Shown in pieces: positions 15,683 to 32,229 of a DNA stretch of 40,033 nucleotides (position 1 is the first letter of the stretch; each line of letters begins with the position of its first letter). The DNA is taken from UHGV virus genome UHGV-0235137; one strand, given 5' to 3'. Origin of the DNA: a virus. The notes under the pieces are model-generated. The model ran no database searches. It saw only the letters and a program-made list of their open reading frames with translations, and had not been told where the DNA came from. Both the position numbers and the translations under genes were made by a program.

Positions 15683-16081
15683 ATGAAAACAGAATCTAGA
15701 GTAATTAATGGTAAGAAAGTAAATATCGTTCTGCTTGGGGCAAGAGATGGTATTAAGATGTCTATGAAGTTGGGTAAAATTGTTGTTCCAACATTTGCAC
15801 AGATGCTGTCAAGTCTGACTGATAAAGATAAGAAAGAAGCTCCAATGGTTCCATTTAAAGAACTTGTTGAAGCTTGTTTTGACAGAATTGAAGAAATTAA
15901 CCTTGAAGAAATGGCTACCCTGTTATTTCAAGGGGCAACTGTTGATGACTTTCCACTTAATATTGATACATACTTCCAAGCAAACTACGGTGAGTTTATT
16001 GATTACTTAGCATTTGCGCTGGAGGCAAACTTCGGAAGTTTTTTCGAAGCAAGCATTTTCAAAAGCCTAACTTCTCAGTAA
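15683..16081 (+). CDS. tail assembly chaperone (G-like)
   Basis: directly upstream of tape measure; slippery heptamer near its 3' end. Confidence 0.6.
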   Translation: MKTESRVINGKKVNIVLLGARDGIKMSMKLGKIVVPTFAQMLSSLTDKDKKEAPMVPFKELVEACFDRIEEINLEEMATLLFQGATVDDFPLNIDTYFQANYGEFIDYLAFALEANFGSFFEASIFKSLTSQ

Positions 16082-16083
16082 AC

Positions 16084-16322
16084 ATGGGTAATACTCTACA
16101 GACACCACTGACTGATGCTGCTGTAGAGGCAACCTATGAAGAAGCAGACGAGATGAAATTTGTGCTTGCTATTTATGGTATGGAAGGGTGTAAAGAAACA
16201 CTTGACCAACTCTTTGCTATGACATTCTCTGATTTATTATCATTGAGACAATTTCTTGAAATTCAGAGGTCGTATAAAGAGGAAATTGCTTACAACGAAC
16301 TTAGAAGAGCAGGAAAAATGTA

Positions 16323-16323
<1 letters not shown>
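16084..16323 (+). CDS. tail assembly chaperone extension (T-like), likely expressed as a -1 frameshift fusion
   Basis: its frame equals the -1 frame of the upstream ORF at T TTT TTC (16039-16045); no stop between. Confidence 0.55.
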
Positions 16324-24339
<8,016 letters not shown>

Positions 24340-24341
24340 TA

Positions 24342-25529
24342 ATGGCAGTAGGTGAAATTCAAATTAGTGCCTTGCCTCAAGCAGCCTTACCAATTGACCT
24401 TAGTGATATCTTCCATCTTAAGCAGGGTATTGAGGATAAGAGGTGTACTCTTGAGCAATTACTTGCTCCACACGCAAGCCTAAGAAATAACCCTCATGGT
24501 GTTACTAAGACACAAATTGGTTTAGATAATGTTATTAATGCTCTTCAGTTAGTTGCTGCAAATAACTTATCAGATATTGTTAATGTAGCTGAGGCAAGAG
24601 CAAATCTACAGATTATGTCTTCAGAAGAGGTTAATAACCTTGTCCAGCAACATATTCAGGACAAGAGTAACCCACACAATACAACTAAGGCACAGGTTGG
24701 TTTAAGTAATGTTCAGAACTGGACAACATCTAACCTGTATAACGAAGATGCAGATAAGTATGCTACAGCAAGAGCAGTAAATAACTTGTACAAGGCTGTT
24801 CAGGCTTCTTATCCAGTAGGTACTATCCATCTTTCTATGAACTCTGCAAACCCTTCTACATACTTAATTTGTGGAGGTACTTGGGAGTTAGTTTCAAAAG
24901 GTAGGGCATTGGTTGGCTATGACTCTGATACAAGGCCAGCAGGTTCTGTATTTGGTGCTTCAACTGTCACTTTGTCAGTTAATAATATGCCTCAACACTC
25001 ACACTCTGTGTCTCTCAGTGGTGGTGGTCACACTCATAATGCAACTGTTTCAATCTCAGCTTTTGACTATGGAACTAAGACTACCAACTCTTTTGACTAT
25101 GGAACAAAGACCACTAACACAACTGGTAACCACAATCACGTTGGTAGTGGGTCAACAAGTGCTGCTGGTGCTCACAACCACAGATTGACTTATGAAGCAG
25201 GTGGTGGTCTGTCGGAAAGACCTGCAATGGTTTGGTCTACAAGGAATGACCAATCGTGGTACTCAGCAGATGCTGTCTGCGAAGTCGCTGGTTCGCACAC
25301 CCACTCTTTTAGCGTTACCACTAACACAACTGGTAACCACAATCACACAGTGGGGATTGGTGCTCATAGCCATACAGTTGGTATTGGTTCACATACACAC
25401 AATGGTACTGTGACAGTTTCTTCTTCTGAGCATACACATAGTGGAAACACGAATAGTGTTGGTGGTGGACAAGCTTTCAACATTGAGCAGCCATCCTTCG
25501 TACTGTATGTATGGCAGAGAACAGCTTAA
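24342..25529 (+). CDS. tail fibre protein with C-terminal His-rich HxH repeat domain
   Basis: repeated SHSHS, GHTHN, GNHNH, AHNH, GSHTHS, AHSHT motifs; C-terminal end similar to the next gene. Confidence 0.7.
   Translation: MAVGEIQISALPQAALPIDLSDIFHLKQGIEDKRCTLEQLLAPHASLRNNPHGVTKTQIGLDNVINALQLVAANNLSDIVNVAEARANLQIMSSEEVNNLVQQHIQDKSNPHNTTKAQVGLSNVQNWTTSNLYNEDADKYATARAVNNLYKAVQASYPVGTIHLSMNSANPSTYLICGGTWELVSKGRALVGYDSDTRPAGSVFGASTVTLSVNNMPQHSHSVSLSGGGHTHNATVSISAFDYGTKTTNSFDYGTKTTNTTGNHNHVGSGSTSAAGAHNHRLTYEAGGGLSERPAMVWSTRNDQSWYSADAVCEVAGSHTHSFSVTTNTTGNHNHTVGIGAHSHTVGIGSHTHNGTVTVSSSEHTHSGNTNSVGGGQAFNIEQPSFVLYVWQRTA
25061..25120 (+). repeat. 30-bp tandem duplication inside the tail-fibre gene (encodes FDYGTKTTN twice)
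   Basis: ttttgactatggaactaagactaccaactc / ttttgactatggaacaaagaccactaacac. Confidence 0.8.
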
Positions 25530-25575
25530 TTTCTTTACAGGGGCTTTATAGCCCCTTTTAAGAGGATAATATATA

Positions 25576-27633
25576 ATGGCAGATTACAAATTGAGTGAAT
25601 TAAACTCAATCGACACAATCCGTTCAGATGACCTTCTTCATGTCAGAGTTAAAAAGAGACCTGAAATGCTGGGTGATGAAGACCGTCGAATGACCTATCA
25701 AGATTTCTTAGCATCTTTTAAGCTTGAGAGATTTGTTCAGATTGCTGGCAGCACTATGACGGGTGACTTAGGAATTGTCAAGTTACTTTATGGTGGTAAG
25801 GCAGTCTTTGACCCAACAGGTTCTTCTGAGATTACTATTGGGGATGTTTTAAAGACTTTTAAAATTAACGCAAATGGTCTTAAACTAACTATTGCAGATG
25901 CTTCAAGGTCGGCAACTGTTTACCATACTCTGAATAAACCAAGTCCTAATGAGCTTGGGATGAGAACTAATGAACAGAATGATACAAGGTATGCAAGGCT
26001 AAGCGTTGGTAATACATTTAAAGCTAAACAGATTATCACAGTAGATGGTGAAGCATTAGCACTTAAAAATACTTCTGATATGCCATCTTTATATATTAGA
26101 GGTAAAGATTCAGGAGATAGATTAAAGTGGTACGTTGGATTTAACACAGATAATAAACTTGGTTTATCTAATAGTGTTACTGGTACAACACTACTATTAG
26201 ATGATACCGGTATTAACTCAAATAAAAATCTAAATATCACTGGTCAGGTTAAACCCTCTGATTGGTCTAACTTAGATGCTAGATATTTTACTCAGACAGT
26301 AGCTAATCAGAGATTTGCACAGTTAGCTGGGAATAACACTTTTAGTGGCACTAATACGTTTAAAAAAGATGTTATCTTTAACTCAGATGTTCCGGTTGTT
26401 CTTAAGAACTTAACAGCTAATAGACCATTGTATATTCAGGGTAAGGATTACCAGAATACTAGTTTGTGGTTTGTTGGTAAGGGTGGAACTGGTACTGAGA
26501 TTAAATTTTATAACTATGTGACTGATACAGTTTTAGAGTTGTCTGAGACGGCTAGATTTAATAAAACTTTGAAGGTTACTGGACAGGTTCAACCGTCTGA
26601 TTGGGCTAACCTAGATGCTAGATACTATACAGGTTCAGCAGCAAATGCCAGATATATGTATGCGGAAAGAACTGGTGAAGGTGCTGATGAGGGTGCTATT
26701 GCTTGGAATGCTAAGACAGGAGTATATAATGTCAAGACGGGGGGAGCCACATCATCAAATCTTGTACTTCAGTTCTATCAGGGGTCGGGGTCTATCACAT
26801 CTACGCCATCTGCGCAGCTAAGATTTAAATGGGCGAATGGTGGTATGTGGTATAGGACATCAAGAGATGGTAATGGCTTTGAGAAAGGTTGGTCTATGGT
26901 GTACACAACTGCACAGAAGCCAACCCCTTCAGATATTGGTGCATACACTAAAGCAGAAACTGACCAGAAGATTGCACAGGCAATTAGTGACTCTACAGAC
27001 CTTAACAAAATCTATCCAGTAGGCATTGTAACGTGGTTTAACAGTAATGTTAACCCTAACACAGCGTTGCCTGGGTTAACTTGGACGTACCTGAACAATG
27101 GTGTTGGTAGAACTATCAGAATCGCAGCAGCAAACGGTTCAGATGTTGCTACAACTGGTGGTTCAGACTCTGTAACTTTAGCTGTTGGTAACTTACCATC
27201 ACACACTCACAGTTTCTCTGCTACCACTTCATCTTTTGATTATGGTACGAAGGGCACTAATAGTACTGGTGGACATACTCACTATGTAAGTGGTACAACA
27301 AGTGCTGCTGGTAACCATGCTCACCACTTAGGTCTGTTATTAGTTAACGGTGGTGATGCTTTGTACGGGTATACAACCATTGGTAACGGTCTCCCTAGAA
27401 CGCTTGACTGGCTTGATAGAAGAGATAACAAGTTCCCTAACACTAACACAACTGGTGACCATACACACACATGGTCTGGTACTGCAAGCGGTGCTGGTGA
27501 CCATTCCCACTCTGTAGGTATCGGTGCTCACAGCCACACAGTTAGTGGTAACACTGGTAGTACAGGTTCTGGTTCAGCATTTAGTGTTACTAACCAGTTC
27601 TATAAGCTAATGGCTTGGGTAAGAACTGCTTAA
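25576..27633 (+). CDS. tail fibre protein (long), internal ~105-aa duplication and C-terminal HxH domain paralogous to 24342-25529
   Basis: PSDW(S/A)NLDARY repeated; C-terminal SHTHSFS...GGHTHY...GDHTHT...GDHSHSVGIGAHSHTV. Confidence 0.7.
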   Translation: MADYKLSELNSIDTIRSDDLLHVRVKKRPEMLGDEDRRMTYQDFLASFKLERFVQIAGSTMTGDLGIVKLLYGGKAVFDPTGSSEITIGDVLKTFKINANGLKLTIADASRSATVYHTLNKPSPNELGMRTNEQNDTRYARLSVGNTFKAKQIITVDGEALALKNTSDMPSLYIRGKDSGDRLKWYVGFNTDNKLGLSNSVTGTTLLLDDTGINSNKNLNITGQVKPSDWSNLDARYFTQTVANQRFAQLAGNNTFSGTNTFKKDVIFNSDVPVVLKNLTANRPLYIQGKDYQNTSLWFVGKGGTGTEIKFYNYVTDTVLELSETARFNKTLKVTGQVQPSDWANLDARYYTGSAANARYMYAERTGEGADEGAIAWNAKTGVYNVKTGGATSSNLVLQFYQGSGSITSTPSAQLRFKWANGGMWYRTSRDGNGFEKGWSMVYTTAQKPTPSDIGAYTKAETDQKIAQAISDSTDLNKIYPVGIVTWFNSNVNPNTALPGLTWTYLNNGVGRTIRIAAANGSDVATTGGSDSVTLAVGNLPSHTHSFSATTSSFDYGTKGTNSTGGHTHYVSGTTSAAGNHAHHLGLLLVNGGDALYGYTTIGNGLPRTLDWLDRRDNKFPNTNTTGDHTHTWSGTASGAGDHSHSVGIGAHSHTVSGNTGSTGSGSAFSVTNQFYKLMAWVRTA

Positions 27634-27640
27634 TCCCTTA

Positions 27641-27669
27641 TTGACTGATTGTTAAGATGGTGTTAATAT
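27641..27669 (+). promoter_or_regulatory. possible sigma70-type promoter: -35 TTGACT, 17-bp spacer, -10 TAATAT
   Basis: hexamers at 27641-27646 and 27664-27669, upstream of the 27712 ORF. Confidence 0.4.
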
Positions 27670-27711
27670 TCTCTAGGGTATTCTCACCATCTTGGCTGAT
27701 GAGGTGATTAA

Positions 27712-27906
27712 ATGCCTACAATCCTAGCAATTCTTCTAAAAAATCTAGGTAGCTTCTTCTGGAAACTCATTTTATCCCTTCTAAGTGAATACATGATTGA
27801 GAAAGTGTTCTTTAGGCTTGCAAGATACCTTGCGAGTAAAACAGACACACCTATTGATGATGAGTTCGTAGATAACTTAGAGAAAGCTTTTAAGGGGGGA
27901 GAATAA
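27712..27906 (+). CDS. small hydrophobic protein (holin-like candidate)
   Basis: 64-aa ORF with hydrophobic N-terminal half, after tail fibres. Confidence 0.45.
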   Translation: MPTILAILLKNLGSFFWKLILSLLSEYMIEKVFFRLARYLASKTDTPIDDEFVDNLEKAFKGGE

Positions 27907-28278
27907 ATGAAGTGGCTAGAGGAAGCTTTTAAAAATAATATTGGTGCAATTGTAGTTGGTATTTTTAGTGTTATTGGGATGTATACCACCATGCAAGTTT
28001 CGGATGGTAAACAAGAAGTGTCTATCACAACAAAGTTACAGCAGTTAGATAATTATTCCAAAAGTAATTATTCAGCTATTCGTGATTTACAGTCTGATAT
28101 GAGGCTGCTTCAGCTAGGGATGGAGAACCAGAAAGTCCAGTTAGAGAATGTTAAGGGTGAGAATGCAAAACTTACTAAGACTCTTGATAAATTCTCTGAT
28201 AGTGTGAACAATCTGGCTCAATCAGTATCAGCCCTCCAAGCTATTACTGAAAAGAACACAAAGAATACTGAAAAGTAA
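27907..28278 (+). CDS. membrane-anchored coiled-coil protein (lysis-associated candidate)
   Basis: N-terminal hydrophobic segment then heptad-like polar region; start overlaps previous stop. Confidence 0.45.
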   Translation: MKWLEEAFKNNIGAIVVGIFSVIGMYTTMQVSDGKQEVSITTKLQQLDNYSKSNYSAIRDLQSDMRLLQLGMENQKVQLENVKGENAKLTKTLDKFSDSVNNLAQSVSALQAITEKNTKNTEK

Positions 28279-28285
28279 AGTTTAA

Positions 28286-28311
28286 GGCTCCTTTTTACGG
28301 GAGCCTTTTTT
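28286..28311 (+). terminator. rho-independent terminator at the convergence of + and - gene blocks
   Basis: hairpin ggctcc-ttttac-gggagcc followed by tttttt. Confidence 0.6.
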
Positions 28312-28314
28312 GTT

Positions 28315-29214
28315 TTATTTACCTACTGACAAAGGTGCTTCAATCTTTCCTGCATGTTGGTAATTGTTAATACCACCAATAAAGTCACTTGCAGTGAGAT
28401 GTTTTAAGTCACTTAAAGTGTTAAGTGGGATACCAATCTCAAAAGTTGGTGCATGGAACTCTTCATTGTTCATCAGTTCATAAACCTGCTTCATATGATT
28501 CTGATAAATCTGAGTATCTCCAAAGACACCTATCAAGTACCGTGGAGTGTACCCAGTCATCTTACAAAGAACTTCCAGAATAAAACCATAAGATGCAATA
28601 TTAAACGGAAGTCCTAAAAAGGTGTCTACTGAACGCTGATACCATTGTAAATCAACTTCACCTCCATTAGTGATATAAATCTGAAACAGAACATGACAAG
28701 GTGCTAAAGCCATTGAGTTTGCTGCAATATCTGCTGCATTCCAAGCATTAACAAGCATGTAACGGTCTGTGATATCACCCTTCATCTTTGTTACTAAGGT
28801 CTCTAACTGGTCTACAACACAACCATTATGACCTTCAAAGTTTCTCCACTGAACTCCGTAGATTCTCCCACCTGCATCTTCTAACCAATCTTGTTCAGAA
28901 GAATAGTTAGAGCTTAACCAGCGTTTAAAATCATCTGACCAGATAGTCCAACGTTCCCCATCATTTTCACCCCAAGTACGATAACGGAGTTCACCCAGCT
29001 TATTCTCGCCATTCAGGAACCATAAAGCTTCCCCAATAACTTGCCGTGTAAACACCTGTTTAGATGTTAAGAGCGGGAAACCAGTTCGCATATCAAAACG
29101 AAACTGAGGTGGAGCAAATGCAGAGATGACATCTCCAGTTCGTGTAGTACGCAGTTCACCAACTGATAAAACATGGTTCAGGATATTTTTGTAACTTGAA
29201 TCTGCTTGTGACAT
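28315..29214 (-). CDS. thyA: thymidylate synthase
   Basis: GFPLLTSK...ALWFLNG and catalytic ALAPCH motifs characteristic of ThyA. Confidence 0.95.
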   Translation of the reverse strand: MSQADSSYKNILNHVLSVGELRTTRTGDVISAFAPPQFRFDMRTGFPLLTSKQVFTRQVIGEALWFLNGENKLGELRYRTWGENDGERWTIWSDDFKRWLSSNYSSEQDWLEDAGGRIYGVQWRNFEGHNGCVVDQLETLVTKMKGDITDRYMLVNAWNAADIAANSMALAPCHVLFQIYITNGGEVDLQWYQRSVDTFLGLPFNIASYGFILEVLCKMTGYTPRYLIGVFGDTQIYQNHMKQVYELMNNEEFHAPTFEIGIPLNTLSDLKHLTASDFIGGINNYQHAGKIEAPLSVGK

Positions 29215-29215
29215 A

Positions 29216-29761
29216 TCAAAAGTGTCCTTTTACTTGTGGAACATAAATTTCAAAAGTTGCTTTACCATCCTCTGATGGTTTTGACTGTACCTTTGTAAAT
29301 ACACGGTTATCATACAGCTTCTCAAAGAAGTTTTCAAAAGGTAAATGCACAGTGGCCTCTTCAGTCACTTTATGAAAAACAGTATGGAACACCACACCAG
29401 CATACGGTAAAGCCTTTACAAGGACACCTGCACCACCAATTACAAAGACATCTTCATCAATAGAGCTATCAAGATACTTCAAAAATGCTCCAAATGACTC
29501 TTTACTGGCTTTAGCATACATTACATCATCTTTGCCAAAGTCTATGCCTAAGTATGGTACAGAGTTTGTTAAGATGAGGTTTGCACGTTCTGGTAAAGGT
29601 TTACTACCCAGAGTCTTAAAAGTCTCATTACCCATAACTACTAAGTTATTTTTAGTGAGTCTCTTAAACTCTTGCATGTCCTGTTTATGTCGAGGCCACG
29701 GCATACCAGTTGGAGTACCAAACTCCCCATTTTCACCACTTGCAAAGATTAATTTAATCAT
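29216..29761 (-). CDS. folA: dihydrofolate reductase
   Basis: N-terminal IFA...GMPW motif and LILT segment typical of DHFR; adjacent to thyA. Confidence 0.9.
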   Translation of the reverse strand: MIKLIFASGENGEFGTPTGMPWPRHKQDMQEFKRLTKNNLVVMGNETFKTLGSKPLPERANLILTNSVPYLGIDFGKDDVMYAKASKESFGAFLKYLDSSIDEDVFVIGGAGVLVKALPYAGVVFHTVFHKVTEEATVHLPFENFFEKLYDNRVFTKVQSKPSEDGKATFEIYVPQVKGHF

Positions 29762-30018
29762 TTTGTAAATCCTTTCTTAATGAACCAGTTGATAACATTC
29801 TTCACAGCTTTATTACTATGGTAGATTAAGTGTGGTGTAGGTTGGTATAAACCATAAGCCCAGAAAGCAATGATTTCATTACATCCTGTACACCTTGTAC
29901 TCTCTTCGGCAATATGACCGTTGACTATTTCACTTACCTCACCTTGTAAGTCTGTACACCCACAATGTGGGCATCGGATAGGTGTTCCATCAGACTCATA
30001 GCAGTGTTCAATTTTCAT
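29758..30018 (-). CDS. small zinc-ribbon protein (hypothetical)
   Basis: CPHCGC ... CTGC cysteine pairs. Confidence 0.5.
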   Translation of the reverse strand: MKIEHCYESDGTPIRCPHCGCTDLQGEVSEIVNGHIAEESTRCTGCNEIIAFWAYGLYQPTPHLIYHSNKAVKNVINWFIKKGFTK

Positions 30019-30534
30019 TTATTTAACCTCAAAAACTGGCTCAAGAGCCAATATAAAGTCTACACAGTCATCTTCTTCATCCAGAATACCATCAAAGTTC
30101 TTAGGAACGAAGTCGAAGAGGCTCATAACAAAACAGTCAGAAGTAACCCTTATAGTGCCTCCCATATTCTCTACAGTCAACACTGTACGACTTTCTTTTA
30201 CCTCTCGCAGAAGATTGCTCACAAAGTCATCTAAGAAGTACTTCATCAGTGACTTAAAGCCTTTAGGGTAATCTGTACCAGAGTATGTTTCAATCTGAGG
30301 TACAAGCTTAACATTTATACTAGTCTTTGCTAAGAACGTGCTAGAGAACATACTATCAGGTAACTTGCAAACAGTCTTTCCAGTGCCTTCATGCTCAATC
30401 TCAACAAAACCAGCTTCGTCGCCACATGTAACTATTTTAAAAGATGCTTCATTCTCATACTGTGAAGCCATAAACTTTTTAAGCATCACTTTAAGGAAGT
30501 CTGCATGAGCATCTTGCAAGTAGATATCAATCAT
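30019..30534 (-). CDS. hypothetical protein
   Basis: 171-aa ORF, tightly packed with neighbours. Confidence 0.5.
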   Translation of the reverse strand: MIDIYLQDAHADFLKVMLKKFMASQYENEASFKIVTCGDEAGFVEIEHEGTGKTVCKLPDSMFSSTFLAKTSINVKLVPQIETYSGTDYPKGFKSLMKYFLDDFVSNLLREVKESRTVLTVENMGGTIRVTSDCFVMSLFDFVPKNFDGILDEEDDCVDFILALEPVFEVK

Positions 30535-30547
30535 AATTCATCACCTA

Positions 30548-30907
30548 TTATGGGAACAGACACTTGATGTCATCGTTTTTGAAAACGAAACTTGTGTAGT
30601 TGTGACCGTCAACATCCAGCCAAACCGCCTGAACATCTACACCATCAAGATTGTGGTAAAGCTCTTTGATGAAGTGGTCTTTCACAATCTGACTGCTGGT
30701 TGTTTCCAGCTTAATGTTTGAGATTGCTGAACCTACAGCCATATAACCCATGACGCGTTTCTTCTCAGTATGCTTAATCTTACCATCTTTGTAGGCCATA
30801 ATGAGATTGGAAAGAATCTTCACACCATAATATTTTTCAAGGTGAGTCGGTACACCATAAAAACCTAATGCGAAGTTTTCAGAGTGGATAATGTTTTCAC
30901 GTTTCAT
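30548..30907 (-). CDS. hypothetical protein
   Basis: 119-aa ORF. Confidence 0.5.
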   Translation of the reverse strand: MKRENIIHSENFALGFYGVPTHLEKYYGVKILSNLIMAYKDGKIKHTEKKRVMGYMAVGSAISNIKLETTSSQIVKDHFIKELYHNLDGVDVQAVWLDVDGHNYTSFVFKNDDIKCLFP

Positions 30908-30908
30908 A

Positions 30909-31208
30909 TTAATCTGCCAGCCTTAAATTAAAATTAACACCAAATTTTTCGCATACTTCCAACATAAACTCAAGAGAGACATTACCAGTGAGATTGATTA
31001 TGTTGGATACACGAGCCTGAGAGATACCACAAATTTTAGCAACTTGCTCTTGAGAAAGACCTCTGGATTTAATCTCTCTCTTAAAACGATGTGCAACGAA
31101 ATCTCTCATTTCGTCTACATCCATTGGACAAATATAACTCTCCATTTCAGCCTCTCTGTCAGCCTCCCAATCATCTTGTGGAGCATAAGGGTCAAAAGTC
31201 TCATTCAT
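30909..31208 (-). CDS. helix-turn-helix DNA-binding protein (XRE/Cro-like regulator)
   Basis: LSQEQVAKICGISQARVSNIIN HTH segment; ATG at 31208 overlaps the upstream stop in ATGAATGA; ORF-track TTG extension to 31238 rejected. Confidence 0.65.
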   Translation of the reverse strand: MNETFDPYAPQDDWEADREAEMESYICPMDVDEMRDFVAHRFKREIKSRGLSQEQVAKICGISQARVSNIINLTGNVSLEFMLEVCEKFGVNFNLRLAD

Positions 31209-31413
31209 CTTTCTTCTTCCGTTTACGTGAAGTGTCAATCAATGAATCTATGTTTGTAGCCCTAACCTTTTCACGTTCATCGTTAAGATAATCGTCAAGA
31301 ACTTTTTCAATCTGTGAATCATCTTGACAGATAACTGTAAAGACTGTAAAGCCGTCTGTATCGTCAATTATCTTACCATAGCCGCTTCTGGGATGTAACT
31401 TTTTAAGAGCCAT
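31201..31413 (-). CDS. hypothetical small basic protein
   Basis: 70-aa ORF translationally coupled to the HTH gene. Confidence 0.5.
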   Translation of the reverse strand: MALKKLHPRSGYGKIIDDTDGFTVFTVICQDDSQIEKVLDDYLNDEREKVRATNIDSLIDTSRKRKKKDE

Positions 31414-31414
31414 A

Positions 31415-31723
31415 TCAAATACCTGTGCAGCTTCTGTTTTCTAAGAAATACTCAACACCATACATAGCTTTTTGCATCAAATCTTCTTTAAACTGAATAC
31501 GATGATTAAGCATAGCCTGTACATCAATATCATCATGGTGCTTCTCTTTAATATTTGCAGATTGCAGGAAATACTCTGCAAGAACACGATACTGATAGTC
31601 AGTTACCTTGTCAGTCATCTCTGTTAAAGACTCTTCAGAGATTGGTTTAAGTAACTCACCATTAGCCAGAGCAACACCTTTAACAATCTGGCAAGTGTCT
31701 TCTGGAACACCTGATAAGTCCAC
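31415..31723 (-). CDS. hypothetical protein (start uncertain; ORF track uses GTG)
   Basis: 102-aa ORF; an alternative overlapping 57-aa ATG ORF with a better RBS exists at 31624-31797. Confidence 0.4.
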   Translation of the reverse strand: MDLSGVPEDTCQIVKGVALANGELLKPISEESLTEMTDKVTDYQYRVLAEYFLQSANIKEKHHDDIDVQAMLNHRIQFKEDLMQKAMYGVEYFLENRSCTGI

Positions 31724-31841
31724 ATTTGGGAGTTCTGTTGCATTGACTGTAAATTCATTGACATAACCATTGCAGCAGCTAATAAAATCTTTTTCATAAT
31801 GACCTCAAAGCTATATTAAATTTTGTATTACATTGGATATA

Positions 31842-31871
31842 AAAATAAGCTATAACACCTGACTTGTCAAC
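31842..31871 (-). promoter_or_regulatory. possible leftward sigma70-type promoter overlapped by an 11-bp inverted repeat (operator-like)
   Basis: minus-strand TTGACA (plus 31865-31870), about 17-bp spacer, TATTTT; inverted repeat aataagctata (31844-31854) / tatagcttatt (31878-31888). Confidence 0.35.
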
Positions 31872-32229
31872 AGATTTTATAGCTTATTTTGGCAGATTTT
31901 TTATAAGGATACTGCCATCCTTCCATACCAGACCACACCATGCAAAACCAGACTTCACATCACCCTACCGTGCAATACATCACTTAAAAACCCTCTTAGA
32001 AGACTCTTAAGTGATGCTGGTGAGTACACGTTGGTTTATGCTGCTCAGTATACTCACCAAATTTTCTATGTCAACAACTTTATATAAAAGCCCTGATAGC
32101 TATATGTGTTACAAAACAAAAGATTGTGAACAAAACACCCATTGCAAAGGATGTGTTCAAAAGTTTACTTGTGATGTAAGACAATACAAAGACAACTAAT
32201 GCAAACAGAATGATTGTGCTTAACATAGT

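Noticed and set aside
24913-25413. ORFs 24913-25188 and 25192-25413 (+) inside the fibre gene
   Set aside because: Out-of-frame translations of the repeat-rich fibre gene (Leu/Val/Thr-rich artefacts).
24940-27633. Short repeated units in the fibre genes considered as a possible CRISPR-like array
   Set aside because: The repeats are in-frame coding repeats (HxH motifs) of irregular spacing, with no repeat-spacer periodicity and no cas genes.
32011-32199. ORF 32011-32199 (+), a Cys-rich 62-aa frame in the ligase-downstream region
   Set aside because: No RBS, starts inside a strong hairpin, opposite to the surrounding transcription direction; possible but unsupported.
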